This document shows, in pieces, positions 27,471 to 32,000 of a stretch of 32,000 nucleotides of DNA (position 1 is the stretch's first letter; each line of letters begins with the position of its first letter). This stretch comes from Vibrio vulnificus CMCP6. Its GTDB lineage: Bacteria; Pseudomonadota; Gammaproteobacteria; Enterobacterales; Vibrionaceae. The notes below the pieces were generated by a model. That model made no database searches. It saw nothing but the letters and a program-made list of their open reading frames with translations, and was not told where the DNA came from. A program made the translations under genes and the position numbers. The stretch is from the NCBI RefSeq assembly GCF_000039765.1, contig NC_004459.3, forward strand, positions 360,001 through 392,000, written 5' to 3'.

Positions 27471-29955
27471 TTACCTTCTTATTATTATTTATATTATTAT
27501 CTGTTTTTTCTGCTGCCGCTTTTTCTGCCGCGACTTCTGCTTCAACTCTAGCTCTTTCACTTTCTCTTCTCTTGTCATCAACAAGAACGAACTGCGCTTG
27601 AATTTCGTCTATTGCATTGCTTTCAAACAAAGCTGACTTGGCAAGCTTGTGCAACGTGTAGATTTTACCGTTTGTGGTGTTACCTCTTCTGTTTCTCTTC
27701 TCTACAAATCCAAGTGCAGTCATGATTTCTTTAAGTGCTCTTGATGCTGCCTTCTTACCTTTTGTGTCTGAGCGCTTCTTGCCTGCCTTTAATTCACATA
27801 GTCCAGCGGCGTTAAAAGTTGATCTACGCTGTTTGTCAACGATATGGTTGTAAACTGCTGTTGTGTCCTCAACTACAATTTCAGTGTCTACACTAAGCTC
27901 TTTAACTCCAAGCGCATCAGCAAGAACTTTCATAGCTTTTGCCTCTTTTGAGCTGGTGCCTCCATTAAGCAAGTTGCCCTTAAACGCTTTCAGAAAATCT
28001 TTTTTGAAAACTTTGTTAAACTCATACACATCTTCATCAACACGCTCAGTGCTAATGCGCAGTCTTTGTGCTATCTCGTACTTCTTAACTGCGTAGCTTT
28101 CATCTGTTGTCAGTTCTTCTTTTTCTTTTAGTTCTGCAATTGATACATTATTGAGATTAAGTGCTTCAGTAGTAGCTTTCATCTCTGACTTTTCGAAAGC
28201 TTCTTTTGATACCTTATCTGCTTTTGAAGCTGCCTTAATTTCTTCAAAATCAACATCAACACGCTCAACATTAAAACCTAGGAGCTGTAGTGTTTTAGCT
28301 AGCGTAAATCGAAGATTACTTTTAAGTAATTCTTCTCGAACCAGAAACTCAGCTTCTAGTTCGCTGTTGATATTGCCTTTGATTGCATCAGCACGATAAT
28401 CAGTGTAAGCAGCCGCTTGTGAGAATGTCGGTACAGCAAAAGTCAACCTGATTGCTGTTCTAAGTCTTCTTGCTAATTGCACCAGTGCTGTTGGCTGAAG
28501 AACGCGATTACAAAGCACTATGACTTCATCAGCATGATTTGCTGTAATGCTGAAACCTTCTCTTAAACATGGCGATACAATAACAGTGCGGTATTTAACG
28601 ATCTCCTTGTTTGGATTCTTAAGAAATGCACGTTGTTCTTTCCCGCCTTTATTTTCGCTGTGTACGACCAGGATTCCCGCTTTTAGCGCTTTATTGTAGT
28701 CAACCTTGCCTTTCGAGTTTATATAGCCAGATTGCTCGACTAGACGGTCGATTTCGCCCTTTCTGTCGCAAGCAATGAACATCTGACTTTTACCAAGTAA
28801 CTTTTTAGCTATTAGCTCCTGATTCATCACCTCAATACTTTCGACTGTAGTAGCGATATCTCTGTATACGTTTTTACGCATATTCACAGTTTTAACTTTG
28901 CGACCAAAAGCTTTTGCATATCTCACAGAAATCGCGTCAGTAGCATCAGCGTCCATGAAGATCACTTTCTTGTTGCTTCTTATAGCTTGAGCTAGTTCTG
29001 CCCTAATCGTTCTTTTAGCTAACTCGCTGATATAGTCAGAGCGAGGATCGAAGATAGACTGTAAAACCTTTTCGCACTCATCAATGATGATTGTGTCCGC
29101 TTCTTTTACTGTCTCTGCTGTAAAAGCGTTGGTAAGAGAGTTGACAGTAGCACTTAGATGAGTCGCATTTTCAATGACATGCATTTGTTCATCATAAAAC
29201 GCTGAGGCAACATTTGATGGTGTGTGCTGCTTAACCACAGCGATAAGACCAGTTATAGTGGCTGTCTTGCGTCCTTTACTAGCTTCTCTTTCAATTAGAG
29301 CTTTTGCAAACTCAGTTTTGCACGTACCTGTAGGTGAGCGCAGAACAACCACATTGCGCTGGTTCTGAGCGAAAACTTCCATCTCCATGTCGTGAAGTTC
29401 GTACGCATTGTGGTCAGCAGTAAGAGTGACAGATTTGATGATCTCTTCCATCAGGTCTGAATGAGATTCTTCGTAGATAGCTTCTGCTTTTTCTGTGCTA
29501 ACTCCAGTCCATTCCATCAGATTTCTCACTGCTTCTTCATCCGATGAGATCATAGAAGGAACTAGTGATTTAACAGCCTTAGCGCTCTCTCTAAGAAGCA
29601 ACTGAGAATTGAACTGGTTAAAAGCTTCGCAAACGTATTTCGCAAAACTTACATCACTGTAACCAGTAGTAATTTTTGTGTCAGTGCTTATGTCATGCAT
29701 ATTTAGCTTATGCTTAATCGCAGTAAGAGCAATGCTTGATGCATACTTAGCTTTGAAGTCGAAGTTGATAGCTGTAATGACCTTATCTTTAGCGTCATGC
29801 TTTCTGATAGTTAAAACAAGATGGCTTTGAGTTGTAACTACTATTCTGTCTGTAGAATTGAATGCTTCTGCTTTAGCTAGAAGTGTTTCATCACCTGATG
29901 ATATGAAGAGTTGAGTGTCTACCGCACTTTCTCCTTTAATGCAACTGTACGTCAT
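27457..29955 (-). CDS. Putative replication origin-binding/helicase-like protein (832 aa)
   Basis: VVVLRSPTGTCKTEFAKALIE (Walker A), DTIIIDECEKVLQS (DExx), KVIFMDADA, TVIVSPCLREGFSI, QLARRLR: superfamily 2 helicase-like motifs. Confidence 0.7.
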   Translation of the reverse strand: MTYSCIKGESAVDTQLFISSGDETLLAKAEAFNSTDRIVVTTQSHLVLTIRKHDAKDKVITAINFDFKAKYASSIALTAIKHKLNMHDISTDTKITTGYSDVSFAKYVCEAFNQFNSQLLLRESAKAVKSLVPSMISSDEEAVRNLMEWTGVSTEKAEAIYEESHSDLMEEIIKSVTLTADHNAYELHDMEMEVFAQNQRNVVVLRSPTGTCKTEFAKALIEREASKGRKTATITGLIAVVKQHTPSNVASAFYDEQMHVIENATHLSATVNSLTNAFTAETVKEADTIIIDECEKVLQSIFDPRSDYISELAKRTIRAELAQAIRSNKKVIFMDADATDAISVRYAKAFGRKVKTVNMRKNVYRDIATTVESIEVMNQELIAKKLLGKSQMFIACDRKGEIDRLVEQSGYINSKGKVDYNKALKAGILVVHSENKGGKEQRAFLKNPNKEIVKYRTVIVSPCLREGFSITANHADEVIVLCNRVLQPTALVQLARRLRTAIRLTFAVPTFSQAAAYTDYRADAIKGNINSELEAEFLVREELLKSNLRFTLAKTLQLLGFNVERVDVDFEEIKAASKADKVSKEAFEKSEMKATTEALNLNNVSIAELKEKEELTTDESYAVKKYEIAQRLRISTERVDEDVYEFNKVFKKDFLKAFKGNLLNGGTSSKEAKAMKVLADALGVKELSVDTEIVVEDTTAVYNHIVDKQRRSTFNAAGLCELKAGKKRSDTKGKKAASRALKEIMTALGFVEKRNRRGNTTNGKIYTLHKLAKSALFESNAIDEIQAQFVLVDDKRRESERARVEAEVAAEKAAAEKTDNNINNNKKVNEHA

Positions 29956-30137
29956 TTTAAAAACTGCCTTTCCCTCTATGGGGATTATAATTATATTTAT
30001 ACTTTACCCTCTCAGCATAAGTGAATTATTTTCACTTTACAAGTTACAATCTTATAAATTAACTATTTTTATTAATATAGAAATTAAAGGTTAGTTGATT
30101 ATTATTTTATTATACATGAGTAGCTGGTTTTTATTTT

Positions 30138-30290
30138 ATGCAAAATGCTTCGCATGTTTGCTTGCTCTATCGGTTGTTTACTTGTTACTTGTTTTTTTAT
30201 TCACACTAACCTATGGACTATGTAGTGTTGATTTATATATAAAATAAGTAAAACATAGTCCACACCTCAAACCTTATCTAGCAAGGCTTT
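30138..30290. repeat. Long direct repeat, copy 1, with internal inverted repeat
   Basis: ATGCAAAATGCTTCGCATGTTTGCTT...TTATTCACACTAA..TATGGACTATGTA.TGTTGATTTATATATAAAATAAGTAAAACATAGTCCA...TTATCTAGCAAGGCTT. Confidence 0.85.
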
Positions 30291-30644
30291 AAGGCAGATT
30301 CACTTTCAAAATCACCAAAGGGAAATTTTTTTTAAAAACAAGGAGCATAACCACTCTTTAAAGTCGATTGAAAATTCAAAGGTTATATCAGGGGGAGCTA
30401 ATGAGGATGCGAGTTTGGAGTGTGGTTATAAAAACCCTCATAACTATCACCCCCAGAAATATTTTTCTTCATTATATTTCCTAGCAACGCTATGAATGAC
30501 GGTGGTTCAATTTTCGGTTAACTATAATCATAAGGAGCTAGATTATAAATATTAGCGTCATAAATAAGTTCACCAAAAGGATCGGGTATAATAAAACCAT
30601 TTTTAAATATTATATTTATCTTTAGCGGTTTTGATTATATTTAA

Positions 30645-30795
30645 ATGCAAAATTCTTCGCATGTTTGCTTATTCTATCTGTTCTTACCTTCTGGATGCTT
30701 TTTTATTCACACTAAACTATGGACTATGTAATGTTGATTTATATATAAAATAAGTAAAACATAGTCCATGCCTAAGCCCTTATCTAGCAAGGCTT
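30645..30795. repeat. Long direct repeat, copy 2, with internal inverted repeat
   Basis: Same sequence order as 30138-30290, about 507 bp downstream; TGGACTATGT (30720) / ACATAGTCCA (30759). Confidence 0.85.
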
Positions 30796-31065
30796 CAAAG
30801 CGAGTTAGAACTTAAAAATGGATAAAAGCTAGCCTCTAAACTTATGGCAATTAAATATTCAAAAATGATGCATAAAAAACAAAGAGGCAGACAAGCTAGG
30901 AAAGTTAACTGCAAAGCAGTTAACACTTCTGTTCCTTAACTCTCTCCACCTAATCGAACTAGGAAGAACTACTTCCTGGTTGAAAGAGCGCACAAAATCA
31001 CAGGCAGGGGTATGCGCAAGTAGAATGGGTATAATACTAACCCCTCTTAATCACACCGATGGTTC

Positions 31066-31341
31066 ATGATGAGACAAGTCAAGAAGCAGAGCGAGAAGCT
31101 CGGTCGCACAAGTCGAGCAAAAATGCTTCGTCTTGCTGATGTAGTTAGAACGGTAAGAATTCGACTTGAAGAAGTTAAAGACAAGCAATTAGACAAGTTA
31201 GATCGTTTATCAGATCATTTGCTAGATCGTGTTAAAATCACAAGCCCTAGCAATCTTGAGATTCAGATCTCGGTTCAGTTCCCCATTACACAGTTGAATC
31301 GGAAAAAAACAATGTGGGGAACATCAAAAAAATGCAATTAA
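31066..31341 (+). CDS. Hypothetical protein (91 aa)
   Basis: ORF only; low support, and its tail runs into the repeat-rich end region. Confidence 0.35.
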   Translation: MMRQVKKQSEKLGRTSRAKMLRLADVVRTVRIRLEEVKDKQLDKLDRLSDHLLDRVKITSPSNLEIQISVQFPITQLNRKKTMWGTSKKCN

Positions 31342-31383
31342 ATCATCTCTTTTGACTACTGTTCCCCAATTTGTTCCCCAGCT
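31281..31383. repeat. Cluster of four GTTCCCCA words, candidate recombinase arm sites
   Basis: 31281-31288 (+), 31318-31325 (-), 31364-31371 (+), 31376-31383 (+). Confidence 0.45.
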
Positions 31384-31441
31384 CACTCACTTGCAAATAA
31401 ATACAAATAAAAACAACAACTTAAACACCTCATTCAGAGTA

Positions 31442-31457
31442 CGCCAGCTCCACCAAA
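31442..31457. other. Candidate att core identical to the 3' end of ssrA (tmRNA)
   Basis: CGCCAGCTCCACCAAA; the tmRNA 3' end is ...CGCCAGCTCCACCA. The rest of ssrA is absent. Confidence 0.7.
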
Positions 31458-31467
31458 CGTTTGGAAA

Positions 31468-31499
31468 GGGCGATAACTCTTTGAGTTATCGCCCTTTTT
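31468..31499 (+). terminator. Rho-independent terminator downstream of the ssrA-like end
   Basis: GGGCGATAACTC-TTT-GAGTTATCGCCC + TTTTT. Confidence 0.9.
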
Positions 31500-31551
31500 G
31501 TATTCTGTCTCTCAATAACTGGCTATGAGTACTAAAACAAGGTACTAAACG

Positions 31552-31658
31552 ATGCACTACCTGAGCCTTTCAACATCTGGTAACTGGTACTTTCACGACC
31601 AAAATATCGTCACCTCTTTGTTCACCATACTGAAGTCAAACAGTCGCTACGTACCTAA
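31552..31658 (+). pseudogene. 5' remnant of a tyrosine integrase, frameshifted
   Basis: MHYLSLSTSGNWYFHDQ in one frame, then PKYRHLFVHHTEVKQSLRT in another; typical N-terminus of ssrA/tRNA-targeting integrases. Confidence 0.7.
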
Positions 31659-31785
31659 TCAAACATACCCTACGTAAGAGAAAGGAGACCGGCCTTGGAA
31701 TCATTGGCGATTTCAAGACCTACGTCAAAAATTAATAAATAGTTCCATCCATTCTGTTCATCAACAATTTGGGCTTACAGATTAC

Positions 31786-31883
31786 GAGTAATTATTTACT
31801 CACAAAGAGTCTCGCCACATACTTATGAGTAAATAGTTACTCATAAGTTGAAAGATAGGAACTTTAAGAGTAAAGTTTTACTC
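31786..31883. promoter_or_regulatory. Three operator palindromes GAGTAA-N4-TTACTC
   Basis: 31786-31801, 31827-31842 (within a perfect 28-bp palindrome 31821-31848), 31868-31883. Confidence 0.8.
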
Positions 31884-31906
31884 ATTGATAAGTAGAGGTG
31901 TTGTTG

Positions 31907-32000
31907 ATGGAAGAACTAACCGTACAAGCTTTTATCAGAAGTGAATGGATAGACATTGGTATCATCTCATTCCCAAAAAGTAGCCAACATAATTTCCGAG
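31907..32000 (+). CDS. Start of a HipA-like toxin/kinase gene, truncated by the window end
   Basis: MEELTVQAFIRSEWIDIGIISFPKSSQHNFR; resembles the N-terminus of HipA-domain proteins; only 31 codons visible. Confidence 0.45.
   Translation, partial: MEELTVQAFIRSEWIDIGIISFPKSSQHNFR

Noticed and set aside
31440-31460. Complete ssrA gene
   Set aside because: Only the 3' terminal bases match; no tmRNA body, tag ORF or acceptor pairing upstream.

Overview
This 32 kb window looks like the inside and right end of a mobile genomic island or integrated mobilizable plasmid from a gammaproteobacterium (Vibrio/Shewanella-like by feel only; not verified). Left to right: the 3' part of a MOB relaxase; an orphan HipB-like regulator with paired operators; an uncharacterised 3-gene operon; an OLD-family ATPase/TOPRIM nuclease with a DUF3223-like partner; a truncated IS3-family element; umuDC with a LexA box; a module of TM/coiled-coil protein + ImmA/IrrE peptidase + Beta-family protein (frameshifted) + convergent sce7726-like protein; a two-gene operon (alpha/beta hydrolase fused to a P-loop NTPase, plus an AAA/helical-repeat protein); a decayed integrase; a 1.1 kb tandem array of 15 palindrome-bearing 76-77 bp units with solo relatives elsewhere in the window; a plasmid-like replication helicase region with a duplicated 150 bp cis element; and an ssrA-3'-end-like att site followed by a second decayed integrase and the start of a HipA-like gene behind three identical-format operators. 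The strongest candidates for something undescribed are the hydrolase-NTPase/AAA operon (15640-19721) and the structured tandem array (20525-21691). All family assignments are from motif reading; no database search was run.
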